From positions 288,001-352,000 of the forward strand of contig CAWJCS010000005.1 of NCBI GenBank assembly GCA_963841435.1: a DNA stretch of 64,000 nt. Direction: 5' to 3'. Both the position numbers and the translations under genes were made by a program. Source of the DNA: an uncultured delta proteobacterium. Its GTDB lineage: Bacteria; Myxococcota_A; Polyangia; Polyangiales; Polyangiaceae. The notes below the pieces were generated by a model. It worked only from the letters and a program-made list of their open reading frames with translations, ran no database searches and was not told where the DNA came from. Shown here in pieces: positions 47,065 to 59,481 of this stretch (position 1 is the first letter of the stretch; each line of letters starts with the position of its first letter).

Positions 47065-49876
47065 CTAAGGGGCCGTTCCCTCGAAGTAGAGTCGCGCGCG
47101 GTCGAGCGCCTCCGTGCCGACCTCGGCGCCCACACGCCGTCCGTCGAAGTCGTCGGGGCGTACGTGGATGCCACCCCAGAGCCGCGACTGCCCGGCCTGG
47201 TCGGAGGCGTCGAAGTAGGTGGCCCACCGAAGGTCGAGCGGGGCGCTCGGACCGCTCTCGAAGTAGAGGTAGCCGGGCTCGAAGTGGTAGCTGCCGAGCC
47301 CGCCCGGAAAGGCGTCCGAGCCCGTGATGCCCGCGAGGACGACGGCGGCCGCACGGCTGAAGGTGCTGTGCCCCGAGATGTAGCCGGGGAAGGCAGGGGT
47401 AACGAAGGTGCGGCGCTGATACGGGATCCACTCCAGGGCACGCACCCAGCCGACGCCGCCGATTTCGGTGTTGCGATCGCCGGGCTCCCCGCGCCACGAG
47501 CGCACGGCGATCTCCCCGACGTAGCGCCGGAGTGCCGCGTGGCGCTCACCGGGCGCCGAGCTTTCGTCGGTGATGACCTCGATCAAGCCATCGATGAGCG
47601 GGAGGCCTTCGGGGTCGTAGGAGGGGCCGCCCGGGTCGGTGCGCTGCCCGCGCTCGGCCATGTAGCGGATCAGCGTGATGGGGCGCGACGACAGGTACGT
47701 GCGCTTGAGCTCCCAGGCCGCGATCGCGGCGTCGTGCACCGCGCCGTTGAGCGCGAGGTAGACGTGCACGTCCCAGCTCAGCGCGTCGACCTCGTCGCCT
47801 TTCCCGAACAATCGCCGGTGAAGCTCGGGCGAATCGGCGACCAGGTTCGCGATGGTGTTCCAGTGCCCTGGCGGGGTCTCCGAGGTGGGACCGTCCGCCC
47901 AGAACTCGGCCATCACGCGGCCGAAGTCACTGCGGGGCACGAGCTCGGGCGGGTAGGGCTCGCCCGTGACGGGGTTTTCGGCACGGCCGTGGCCGTCGTT
48001 CTGGCCGAGGGAGTTGTTGCCGAGAGCACCGGGCGAGATGTCGATCTCGGTCGGGTCTTCGGTGTCGAGCTCGGAGGAACGGCGGATGGTTTCGACGGCG
48101 GCGTCCACGAGCGTGTCGTCCAGCTCGAGCGGCGGCGTGCCGATGTCGAGGTAAGGCTCGCCCTCGGCGGGGCGCTGCATCGCGAAGGGAGTGACGCTTC
48201 GCCAGTGCGCTCCGATGTACGGCTGCGCGCCCGCGTCGGCCGGGATCCCGTTCTGGGTCTCGGCCTTCGCGAGCACGAGCCGCTGCCAAACGCTCGGATC
48301 GACCGCGTCCGTCCCGGGGCGATCGATCACCAGGTTCGGCGTGTCGGGGAAGTAGTCGTCGGGATCGGCGTAGTCGTTCGCCTCGTTCGCGCCGTCGTCC
48401 GCGAAGGCATCGATGACGGCGAGCCCGACGCGATTGCCGAGCGCGCGCGGCGTGTCGCCCTGGTCCTCGAGGTCCGACGGGTCGTAGCCGAGGCGCCGCA
48501 TGAAGGCGTCGAAGCAAGCCTCGGAAACGGCGCCGCCGACGGCCGTGGCGTAGCGGTGCGAAAGAACGCGGTACGCGGCGTAGGAAATCGCCTCGCGCCG
48601 CGCGGCGTCGAGGTCGCCGGCGTCCGCGTGCTCGTCGACGACGTAGCCCGAGGCCTGCGAGTCGTAGGCGGCCCACGCGTCCCACATGGCCACGGAAGAG
48701 TGAAACAGATTGCGGGCATGAACCGTCGGGCGTGGGGTGTCGCGACGGATCGCGTTCAGGACCTGCTCGTTCCAGCGCCGAGCGATGGAGCCCTGCGGCG
48801 CCGGGTCAACCGCTTCTTCGGGGCACGTCGGCGGCGCCGGGGGATCGGGCTCGATGACGATGGCGCCCACCGCTTTTCCGAAGTGCAGAGCGACCCCCTC
48901 GTCGAGCTCGGGCGTCAGAACGTCGCCGCCGACGGTCCACACGCCTCCCGAGGGGTCGACCCAGACGCTGTGCAGCGACTGCGCGGCCGTGAAATCGATG
49001 CCGGTGTCGAGCGGCTCGAAGGCGCCGCCTTGGCCCCTGTAGACGCTGCCGCCATAACCGACGGCCCACACCTCGCCGTCACCCGCCACCGACACGCCCT
49101 GCAAGAGCGGGGCTCGCTCGGGCGTCTCGTCGGTCAGCGTGTCGCCGGTCGCCTCGAAGAGCACGCCCCCGCTCTCACCGCCGACAATCGCCACCTTGCC
49201 GTCGGCGCAGTGCACCGTGAAGAGCGTCGCGTCGGTGCCCGATTCCACGCGCTCGAAGCCGTCGGCTGCGTTGCCCCGCAGCACGACCCCGCGCGCTCCC
49301 ACGACCCAGAACGTCAGCCGGTGACTCGCCGGATACCTTGAAGAGGCCGGGCGTGTCGCGATATTCGTCGAGCGGCAGAGAATCGGGCAGCGGCACGTCA
49401 ACGAACTTTTCGCCGTCGTAGTGCCAGACGAAACCATTTCGCGCCGCGACCGAGCCCACGAGGTAAACGTCGTCCGGCGCCGCCGCCCAGACGCCGTACA
49501 CCGTGTACCTACCGAGCCCCGGCGTGTGCACGCGCTCGAACTGCCCGTCCTCGTAGCGTAGCAGCGTGGCCCCCGACCCGCCGAAGAACACCGGCCCACC
49601 CTCGACCGCGTGGACCCACCAGAGGTCGCCGCGCATCCCGGTGTCGCGTCGCTCCCAGCGCCGCCCGTCGTAGTGGAGCACCACGGGCCCCTTGCCGTCG
49701 TCGCCGCCGCTGACCCACACGTCGTTCGGCCCCGTGCCGTGAACGCCGAGCAGCGCGGCACCCTCGGCGCGACCGACCACGCTCCAGCTCGCGGTGGCGG
49801 GCGACGACGCAGGCTCACCGTCGCCACAACCCGCCGTGGCGAGGGCCACGATCAACCCCACAAAAAGCTTCTGCAT
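47065..49876 (-). CDS. Vanadium-dependent haloperoxidase/PAP2-superfamily lipoprotein with N-terminal beta-propeller; +1 frameshift at about 49310
   Basis: ATAGC lipobox; L..VW....DVW.VG repeats; WELKRTYLSSRP, TPAFPGYISGHS, SRLWGGIH. Removing one base restores ADVWVVG. Confidence 0.88.
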
Positions 49877-49886
49877 CGCATCCTCC

Positions 49887-50447
49887 TCAAAGATCAGCCG
49901 TGCTGAGCACGACCTGGCTCGTGTCACTCCCCGTGACCCCGTCCTGATTTTCCACCGTGACGGCGAGCAGCACGTGCAGGCCGTCGCGTTCCTCGTCGGG
50001 TCCGGTGAGCCCGCCGGTCATGACCGTCACGGGCACCAAATCGCACACCCCGTTGTCGTCGCAGAAGAACAGCTGTGGGCGAACCGGCGGCGGCGCCACA
50101 ATCTCGATGCCCGTCGTCTCGTTCGTGAGCGAGAAGCCAACGAAAGCGCGTGAGCCGAACCCCACGGTGTGCACGCCGAGCAGCACGTGCGTGCCGCCCT
50201 GCCCGAAGGTCTTCAGGCGAAGCTCGGCGCCGTCCTCGAGGGGTGCGAAGTCGAGGCCGTCGGGCCCCGCCGGGACTCCCAGCCTGACGCTCGTCAGCTC
50301 GCCTTCTCCGCCCGCACCGCCCGTGTCCTGCATTTGGGGCGCGGCCTCAGGCGGCGCGCCCGCACAACCGACGAGCAGCCAAGAGAGAAGAAGGGTGCGA
50401 GCGTGCAACACGGCAGCAGCCCAGAGCAGCAGCAGAAACCGTACCAC
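49887..50447 (-). CDS. Hypothetical lipoprotein (start uncertain)
   Basis: LVGC lipobox; F.PL.DG..L...GQGG.H motif; ends 10 bp before the haloperoxidase start. Confidence 0.7.
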   Translation of the reverse strand: MVRFLLLLWAAAVLHARTLLLSWLLVGCAGAPPEAAPQMQDTGGAGGEGELTSVRLGVPAGPDGLDFAPLEDGAELRLKTFGQGGTHVLLGVHTVGFGSRAFVGFSLTNETTGIEIVAPPPVRPQLFFCDDNGVCDLVPVTVMTGGLTGPDEERDGLHVLLAVTVENQDGVTGSDTSQVVLSTADL

Positions 50448-50448
50448 C

Positions 50449-50464
50449 TGGCACCTTCCTTGCT
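50449..50464 (+). promoter_or_regulatory. Sigma-54 (-24/-12) promoter
   Basis: TGGCAC-CTTCC-TTGCT, exact consensus spacing, 112 bp upstream of the DUF2330 ATG. Confidence 0.75.
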
Positions 50465-50576
50465 CCTAGAGCCAAGCGTGGGTTTTTCGAGCGGATCCTG
50501 TGCCGCAATGTGCCAAACGCGGCAGGTCCGCGCCTTGGATGTCCGGGTGGATCCGGTTTCTGGAAGGACTTGAGTC

Positions 50577-52449
50577 ATGAACCTCGGAGTCAAATCGCTC
50601 TTGGTCGGCTCGGCGCTCGCCGGTGTCCTTTCGAGCGGCACGACCGCCTCTGCTTGCGGCGGATTTTTCTGCAATCAGGCCCAACCCGTGAATCAGGCGG
50701 CCGAGCGCATCATTTTCGCCGACAACGGGAACGACACGCAGACGGCCGTCATCGAGATCATGTACGAGGGCCCCTCGGAGAGCTTCTCGTGGCTGCTCCC
50801 GATCTCGTCCGTGCCCATGGGCGACCAGATCGGCGTCGCCTCGAGCGCAGCGTTCCAGAGGCTACAGAACGCGACCAACCCACAATACACGCTGACCGTG
50901 CGCGTCGAAGGCACGTGCCTGACTCCGGGGGCGCCATCGGGGTCCGGAGGCAGCGGCGGCAGCGCGGCCATCGGTGGCAGCGCCGGTATCGGGCGGTATG
51001 AGCGGCGGCCCGCCCCCGGTCACCGTCGAAGCGAGCGGCATCGTCGGCGCGTTCGACTGGGTGGTCATCTCGCTCGACGATACCCTGACGAACCCAGCCG
51101 ACGCGGCCGCCACCTGGCTCAACGACAACGGCTACGACGTCCCCTCCGGCGCTCCCGCCCTGCTCCGCCCCTACCTCGAAGACGGGCTCTATCTGCTCGC
51201 GCTCAAGCTCACCAAGGGCTCCGACGTGGGCTCGATTCGCCCCATCATGCTCACCTACGACGCCACGCGGCCGATGATCCCCGTGAAGCTCACCGCCGTC
51301 GCCGCCAACGACGACATGGGCGTCATGACGTGGGTGCTCGGTGAAACGCGCTCGGTGCCGCAGAACTACCTCGCGCTCGAGCTCAACGAGGCGCGCATCA
51401 ACTGGTTCAACGCCTCGCAGAACTACAACTCGGTCGTGACGGCCGCGGCCGACGACGCCGGCGGGCAGGGCTTCGTCACCGAGTACGCCGAGCCGACCAC
51501 GGCGCTCGCCAACCTCATCTGGTCAACCGGCGAGGACGCTCAGTGGACGGCGTTCAGGACGGCGATTTACTCGAGCTTCAGCGAGCTCTTTCTGGCTTCC
51601 TACTACGCTTACGGCCCGTACGAAGGCTACTGGGACGCTGTGCGCACGGCGGTCACCCTGCCGGACGGCGTGCTCTTCGAGGATTTCAAGCTCTGCCCGA
51701 GCTGTTACGCCGACAACATCCAGTTCAGTCCCTCCGCGTTCATGGACTCGCTCGAGAGCGGCGTGATCGAGCCGATGCGCGCGGTCCAGAAGCTCATCGA
51801 CGCACACCCGATGATCACGCGCCTCTACACGACGATGTCCGCCGATGAGATGACGCTCGATCCCCTCTTCACGTTCAATCCCGACTTGCCCCCGGTGAGC
51901 AATTTTCACACCGCCGAGCGCATCATCGAATGCAATGCGAACGTGACGCAGTTCGAAGCTCCGTGGCGCATCGAGCTCCCCCAGGGTGGCGTGGTGCGCG
52001 GGACGGGCGCCACCGTGGGCACCTGGCCGGCGGAGTTCGCGGATCAGCCGCCGAACCGCACCATTTTGCGTCTCGGTGAGAGCGGCGAGGGCAAGGTGAT
52101 CGAAGACAACGGCGACGAGATCGACGCAGCCATCGATGCCTACAACGGCACGCTGCCGGACCCGACCGGCGAAGCGGGAGCGCCGGGGACGGGCGGCTCG
52201 ACCGCGGGGACGGGCGGCTCGAGCGGAGGCAGCGGTGGCACCACCTCGAGCGGCGGCTCCGTGAGCAAGGGCGGCTCGAGCGGCTCTAGCACCGGTGGGT
52301 CGAGCACGGGCGGCGCCGGGACGGACGTCGTCGCAGGGCCGTCCGGAGACGGCTGCTCTTGCCGGACCACGTCGCGGGGCGGCTCGAGCGGCTGGCTCGC
52401 GGCGGCTCTCGCGCTCGTCGCCGTGGCGCGCCGCCGACGTCGGCGGTGA
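50577..52449 (+). CDS. DUF2330 protein with MYXO-CTERM tail; +1 frameshift at about 50990
   Basis: ACGGFFC...V.QAAERI.F, FSW.LP, WL.DNGY, ALKL, PMIP.KLT.VAA, TRLYTT.S..EM..DP.F; GCSC-TM-RRRRRR. Confidence 0.9.
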
Positions 52450-52451
52450 GC

Positions 52452-53204
52452 ATGCGGACGAGCGAAGGTTCGGACGAGCAGCGTTTTCGCAGCGTTGGTT
52501 CCGTCGCTCGGCTCGGGCTGTCCCTGGCGACCGCTTGCCTTGCGGTCGCCACGGCGTGCGGTGGTGGAGGTCGAGCCGTCGAGAATTCGCCCGCTCCGGG
52601 GGATGGGGGCTCCGGAGGATCCGGCGGGGGCAGCGCAGGTCACGGTGGCGTTGGTGGCACGACGGGTGGCGCCGGAGCCACCGGAGGGACGGCGGGCGGG
52701 GGAAGCGGGGGAAGCTCGGGGAGCAACACGGGCGCGTGCCCGAGCACAGCACCAGCGGTGGGTGCGGCATGCGACCCCCAAGCGCTCGTGTGCACCTTCG
52801 GGGCATCACCCTTTCCAGAATGCCGCGACCAGCGCGTCTGCTTCGCAGGGAAATGGTCGGACGGAGTCGCTCCCGGCACCTGTCGGGAGACGCCCGTCAG
52901 CGTTTGCCCGCCGTCGGTTCCGTCAGGCAACCCCGCGTGCGAAAGCGAAGAGCTCGGCGCGCGGTGCGCTTACGACCCGGGCACGCTCTGTACTTGCGTG
53001 AGTGAGCTCTGCGGTGGCACGGGATGCACCCAGCTCCCCTCACCTCAATGGTACTGCCAGAGCGTCTCCGCGGGTTGCCCGCCCCTCGCGCCCAACGCTG
53101 GCACGGTCTGCGACGGCACGCATCCAACCTGCGAGTACGAGTACTGCGGGCTCACGGCGCGGTGCGTCGACGGAGCTTGGATCTGGCTGTTCGGCTGCGC
53201 TTGA
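52452..53204 (+). CDS. Cys-rich repeat lipoprotein
   Basis: ATAC lipobox, Gly linker, three CP...P..G..C......C.Y...C...W repeats. Confidence 0.75.
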   Translation: MRTSEGSDEQRFRSVGSVARLGLSLATACLAVATACGGGGRAVENSPAPGDGGSGGSGGGSAGHGGVGGTTGGAGATGGTAGGGSGGSSGSNTGACPSTAPAVGAACDPQALVCTFGASPFPECRDQRVCFAGKWSDGVAPGTCRETPVSVCPPSVPSGNPACESEELGARCAYDPGTLCTCVSELCGGTGCTQLPSPQWYCQSVSAGCPPLAPNAGTVCDGTHPTCEYEYCGLTARCVDGAWIWLFGCA

Positions 53205-53237
53205 GTCCCGCGCTCGGCGGCGGCTCTGGCGCAATTT

Positions 53238-53660
53238 TCAGGGCGGTGGAGCGAGCTCGACCGCCGCGCGGACGAGATCGCTGCTCGTGACGATGCCGAC
53301 CAAGCGGTTGGAGGCGTCGACGACCGGCAGGCATCCGATGCGCTTCTCCAGCATCAATCGACCGGCATCGCGAATCGACGTGCCGGGTGCCACGGTGGCC
53401 ACGTCGCGCTGCATGACGTCGCGGACGTGAAAGCGCTGCTGCAGCGTGCGGTCGGCCTCCTCGCGGTGAGGGAGCAGGTTGCTGGCGGAAAATCCGAGCA
53501 CGTCGCGCTCGGTGAGCAGCCCGACCAAGGCGCCGTCGTCGGCGACCGGCAGGTGGCGGTAACGCAAGGTGTGCATTGCCTGCAAGAGGTGCCAGAGATC
53601 CTCGTCCTCGCCAACGGTCACCACATCGCGAGTCATGATGTCTTCGACGGTCCGAGGCAT
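53238..53660 (-). CDS. CBS domain pair protein
   Basis: VEDIMT.DV.TV...RHLPV...LVGLLT.RD...VRDVM...IGCLPVV...LVGIVT.SD. Confidence 0.9.
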   Translation of the reverse strand: MPRTVEDIMTRDVVTVGEDEDLWHLLQAMHTLRYRHLPVADDGALVGLLTERDVLGFSASNLLPHREEADRTLQQRFHVRDVMQRDVATVAPGTSIRDAGRLMLEKRIGCLPVVDASNRLVGIVTSSDLVRAAVELAPPP

Positions 53661-53803
53661 TGCTTGAGCCATCACGCTACGAGCCATGCAAGCCGCGCAC
53701 CAATGCAGGGGGCGGCTACGGTGGGGGGCGACCTCGCTCGACAGAGCTCCCGCGCGCAAGCGATGCACCCTGGCCCGGATGCGCCGCAAGCTCTGCGCGC
53801 GGC

Positions 53804-54737
53804 TCAGTTTCGCTGATCCAGGTTGCCACCCGACAGCAGGATGTCAGCAAGCGCGTTGACGACCGTGACGTCGTCGATGTCCGTGTTCCTGTCGAAGTCG
53901 CGGTAGAGCGGCACGAACGCGAAACCCCCGAAGCGATTGTTCTGAAAGACCAGCGGGTCCGCATTCGCGCTCGGCTCGGAGACGTGCACGGTGCGGCCGA
54001 CGCGGATCAGGTTGTCGAGGTAGATCCCCCCGCCGAGGACGATGCCGTAGCCGACGTTGGAAAAGCCGGACCACGCGATGTCGATGACGTTGCCGTCAAC
54101 GTATTGAGCGCCCGTGATGCCGGTCTCGAGGTTCACGGGCGGGCGCGGCGGAAAGTTGCCTGGCGCGAAGAGCGGGCAGGTCGCCTCGTCGTAACCGGAC
54201 ACCCTGTTCAAAGAGACGCGACCACCGTTGGCGATGCCCGTGGAGGTCGGCGTGCAGGAGCCGCTGATCGTATTGCGATCGACGTACCTCCCGCCGACAA
54301 CGCCGGTTCCCCTGCGAGAGCAGGCGAACTCACAGTACGTGGCAGGGCTCAGTGGCCGCGCGTAAATCGTGTTGCGACTGACCCGGGCGCAGGTCGTGGA
54401 GGAGCACTCTACCCCGTAGAGCTTCGGCCGCGACGGGACCAGAGGGTTCAACACCTCGGCGCTGATGGAGCCATTCTCGGATACCGTGCAGCGACTCGGT
54501 GTCCCGCCGTAAGATTCGCAAACGATACCCACCGTCGGAAAGTCGATCTGGGCGGAAGCCCAGGCCGAGATCACCGCATTCGAATCCCGCTTCGCCGCCA
54601 TCCGGTCCCTTACCGGCACCGCCAGCGACGGCCGAGGGCGCGGCGGGGCCCGTGACCTGGTCGTCACCGCAGCCGAGCGCGAGCGCCAGGCATACGGCCC
54701 CAAAGGCGACCAGCCTGCCAGGCGGACTCAACCTCAC
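53804..54737 (-). CDS. Lipoprotein with beta-helix-like domain; +1 frameshift at about 54583
   Basis: LALGC lipobox in one frame and V..N.I repeats in the next. One deleted base gives GGEAGSNAVISA. Confidence 0.6.
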
Positions 54738-54934
54738 GAATACTCAATTGTACGCCCGCGTCGCGCATGATCACAGTGGGTTTCGGGAGCCGGGCCAGGC
54801 TGGTGCTCGACCGCGGTGGCGCCCCCTGGGACAGTCCCATGGGACAGACGCGCCGGGCCTCCCCGATCCGTTGAATTTCAGGGCGAATTCGTGCGGCGGC
54901 GGGCGGCGCGGGACTTGCACCGAGCTCGGTCGCC

Positions 54935-56425
54935 ATGAGTCATCCCACTCTGATTGAAAGCGAGCCCCTGACACCGCGCAGGCGAACGTACCGAGAAATC
55001 GAGAGCGACGGCATCGACGTCCAAGCGGTTCGACGGCACTTCCCGTTCGTCGAGCGGGGCCGCATCGCGACGAACAACGCCGCGAGCACGCAGGTACCTC
55101 TCGAGCTCGTCGAGCTCCTGCAGTCGCTCGCGCCCGGCTACGAGAACGTCCACCGCGGTCAGTCGGCGGCGTCACGAAACATGAGCGCGCTGCTCGACGA
55201 TGCGTACGAGACGATGGCGCAGTTCGTCAACGCGGAGAGCCGCAAGAGCATCGCCATTTATCGCAACACCACCGAGGCCATCAACGCGGTCATGTACTCC
55301 CTGCTCGGCGAGCTCCGCGATGGAGACAACATCGTTACCACCTTGCTCGAGCACAACTCGAACTACGTGCCGTGGTACGCCCTCTGCCGCGAAATTCTGC
55401 CGCGTTTCGGCATCCGGGTCGAATGTCGGCTCGCGCGCTTCGATCAGCGAGGCAAGCTCGATCTTTCGCATCTCGCCGAGCTAATCGATTCGCGAACGAA
55501 GCTCGTCAGTGTCACGGGGGCGTCGAACTTCTTCGGCAGCAAGACGCCGCTTCACAGCGCCGGCGAGCTCGCACGCGGCAGCGGCTATCGCCAGCCGAGC
55601 GGCGTCCGGGGATCGCTGTTCGTCGTGGACGGCGCGCAGCTCGCACCGAGCTCGGCCGTCGACGTGCGAGCGCTCGACGTCGACTACTTCGCCTTCTCGA
55701 TGCACAAGATGCTGGCACCGTTCGGCGTGGGCGTGCTCTACGGCAAGGAAGAGCTCTTGCGCGACGCTCGCCCGTTCTTGTACGGCGGCGACATGATCGC
55801 GGAGGGGCAGGTCTCGCCCGAGCGCGTGGAGTACGGCCCGCTACCGTGGAAGTTCAGCGCAGGCACCCCCAACATCCTCGGTTCCATCGTTTCCGCAGAA
55901 GCGGTGCGGCTCTTGCTCGATCTTTCGCTCCACCCCACCGAGCATCGCTACTTCGGCACACGGGCCCGCCTCGAGCGCGCCGCCGTGGAGCGCGCCATGG
56001 ACCGCATCGGCAAACACACGCGCGCCCTCACCGCGCTTGCGTTGACCGAGCTCGGAAAGATCCCGGGTCTCACGGTGTACGGCCCGGCCGATGCGTCGCA
56101 ACGCACGCCGCTCGTGGCGTTCAATGTGTCGGGCCTCGATCCGATCCGGCTCTCCGAGGCCCTCGATGCGCGTGGCGTCGAGGCGCGCGGCGGCTGCCAC
56201 TGTGCAACGCTCGCCCACCGCGAGCTCGGGCTCGATCCGCCGGCGAGCTGCCGCCTGAGCTTCTATCTTTACAACACGACGAGGGACGTGGAGCTCGCGG
56301 TCGAGGCGGTGCGCGACGCCGTGGCCGAAGCCCGGCGCGGTTCGGGTCCGGTCAGGTCGCTCCGCCAGCACGGCACGCGGCAACGCCCGCCGTCCGTCGC
56401 CTTCGCTCGCGCGCAGGAACGCTGA
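54935..56425 (+). CDS. Class V PLP aminotransferase, SufS-like cysteine desulfurase
   Basis: VR..FP, NAASTQ, NVHRG, NTTEAIN, EHNSN..PW, DGAQ, SMHKM, AGTP, RGGCHCA, R.SF.LYNT. Confidence 0.88.
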   Translation: MSHPTLIESEPLTPRRRTYREIESDGIDVQAVRRHFPFVERGRIATNNAASTQVPLELVELLQSLAPGYENVHRGQSAASRNMSALLDDAYETMAQFVNAESRKSIAIYRNTTEAINAVMYSLLGELRDGDNIVTTLLEHNSNYVPWYALCREILPRFGIRVECRLARFDQRGKLDLSHLAELIDSRTKLVSVTGASNFFGSKTPLHSAGELARGSGYRQPSGVRGSLFVVDGAQLAPSSAVDVRALDVDYFAFSMHKMLAPFGVGVLYGKEELLRDARPFLYGGDMIAEGQVSPERVEYGPLPWKFSAGTPNILGSIVSAEAVRLLLDLSLHPTEHRYFGTRARLERAAVERAMDRIGKHTRALTALALTELGKIPGLTVYGPADASQRTPLVAFNVSGLDPIRLSEALDARGVEARGGCHCATLAHRELGLDPPASCRLSFYLYNTTRDVELAVEAVRDAVAEARRGSGPVRSLRQHGTRQRPPSVAFARAQER

Positions 56426-56467
56426 CACTTGTATCGGCAGGTCGGCGGCGGGAGACTCGCCCGAGCG

Positions 56468-57872
<1,405 letters not shown>

Positions 57873-57963
57873 GCTCGACCACCGACGGCCTTGCGGGCGA
57901 GCCTCCGTGAGGCGAGGTTGACGCGCCCGGTCCGCTCAGGTCCCCTGCCCTCGCCCTCGCTCC

Positions 57964-58719
57964 ATGCAAGAACCCGACGCTCCTTACGAGCTCATCTACT
58001 GGCCGGGCATCCCCGGGCGCGGCGAATTCGTGCGGCTCGCGTTCGAGCTCGCTGGCGTGCCGTACACCGATCTCGCGCGCCGCGGTGAGGATGAAGGTGG
58101 AGGTGTCGCCGCCGTGAGAAAGGCCCTCGCACCCTCGAGCGCGACCCTCACTCCGTTCGCCGTGCCCGCGTTGCGCCACGGCGAACGGCTGATCGCCCAC
58201 ACCGCCGCCATCTTGCAGTACCTCGGACCGCGTCTCGGCCTCGTGCCGGGCGACGAGGACAGCCGGCTCCGCGCCCATCAGCTGCAGCTCACCATCAGCG
58301 ATTTCGCCGCCGAAACGCACGACGTTCACCACCCGATCGCGGCGTCGCTTTACTACGAAGACCAGAAGAAAGAAGCGCTCCGCCGCGCGCCCATCTACGT
58401 GAACGAGCGGCTCCCGAAATTCCTTCGCTACTTCGAGCACGCGCTCGACTCCAACCCGGCGGGCGGCGGCGTGCGGCTCGTCGGGTCGAAGCCGAGCTAC
58501 CCGGATCTCTCGCTCTTTCACCTGATCGGGGGGCTTCGCTACGCGTTTCCCCGCGCCACGGCGCGCCACGAGGCAGCGTTGCCGCGTCTTCTGGCGCTCC
58601 ACTCCGCCGTCGCGGCGGAGCCGCGCATCAGGGCGTATCTCTCGGGGGAGCGGTGGCTCGGGTTCAATCAGCACGGCCTGTTTCGCTACTACCCCGAGCT
58701 CGACGCCGACCCCGCGTGA
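57964..58719 (+). CDS. Glutathione S-transferase
   Basis: YEL.YWP..PGRGEFVRLA.E, PFA.P.L, TAAIL.YL, SY.DLSLF. Confidence 0.9.
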   Translation: MQEPDAPYELIYWPGIPGRGEFVRLAFELAGVPYTDLARRGEDEGGGVAAVRKALAPSSATLTPFAVPALRHGERLIAHTAAILQYLGPRLGLVPGDEDSRLRAHQLQLTISDFAAETHDVHHPIAASLYYEDQKKEALRRAPIYVNERLPKFLRYFEHALDSNPAGGGVRLVGSKPSYPDLSLFHLIGGLRYAFPRATARHEAALPRLLALHSAVAAEPRIRAYLSGERWLGFNQHGLFRYYPELDADPA

Positions 58720-58771
58720 CCCTGCTCGGCGGCGCGGGCGCGCGGAGCACCCGCGTGCGGCTCCACCGAGG

Positions 58772-59353
58772 CTAGCGCTTCGTTCGGACCGGCGGGGCAC
58801 GCGGGGGAAGGTCGCTGCGAATTGCGGCCAGCAGCGCGTGCCGCGTGACCTTTCCGGGCGCGCTGCGGCTCCGCTTGCCGGGCGCCGTGACGTCGTTGAC
58901 CGGGACGGACGCTGGAGCCTGCTTGGCTGGCGTGGGCTTCGCGGGCGGCTCGTCGAGCACGCTTTCTTCCACGAGCGAGGCCAGTGGGCCGACGGCCTCG
59001 TCCTCGCAAGGCGCGACGGATTGGCGGGGGCGTGTGCCCGACGCTGGCTCCGCGAGTGCTGTGCTCGATGGGGGGAGCGCCCCCGCCGTCGCCGTTACCT
59101 CGTCGATCGGCGAGCGATGAAACCACGCCGACGCGAACACGAGGGCCGACACCACCGCGAGAGCCGTGACGCCCATCGCCACGGGGGGCAAGAAGCGGGC
59201 ACGCCTGTCGGCGCGGAGGTCGTCAATCGCCGCGTCCGCGTGGTCCGCCTCACCCTCGAGCGTGACGGGGCGCAAGCTGTTGGCGCCCTCGAGCCCGTCG
59301 GTCCCGCGGAAGAAAGTCTCCTCCGTTTCGTCGAAGGCAGCGTCCGGCTTCAT
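58772..59353 (-). CDS. Hypothetical single-pass membrane protein
   Basis: Acidic E..FF N-terminus, one TM helix, Pro/Ala tail. Confidence 0.6.
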   Translation of the reverse strand: MKPDAAFDETEETFFRGTDGLEGANSLRPVTLEGEADHADAAIDDLRADRRARFLPPVAMGVTALAVVSALVFASAWFHRSPIDEVTATAGALPPSSTALAEPASGTRPRQSVAPCEDEAVGPLASLVEESVLDEPPAKPTPAKQAPASVPVNDVTAPGKRSRSAPGKVTRHALLAAIRSDLPPRAPPVRTKR

Positions 59354-59481
59354 CCCAAGGGAGTGCCCTCTTGGCGGCTCGAGCAGGCAGGCTCAGGCGC
59401 GTGCTGCTCGCCCGCCCAGTGCTCGGCGTCGGGAACCCATTCGTGACGCAAGCGCGACACGAGCGGCGACGACGCTTGCAT

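Noticed and set aside
46924-49341. 805-aa plus-strand ORF and similar long ORFs (43420-45117, 17205-19145, 4433-5878)
   Set aside because: Antisense or off-frame shadows of real genes, caused by high GC and few stop codons; no motifs.
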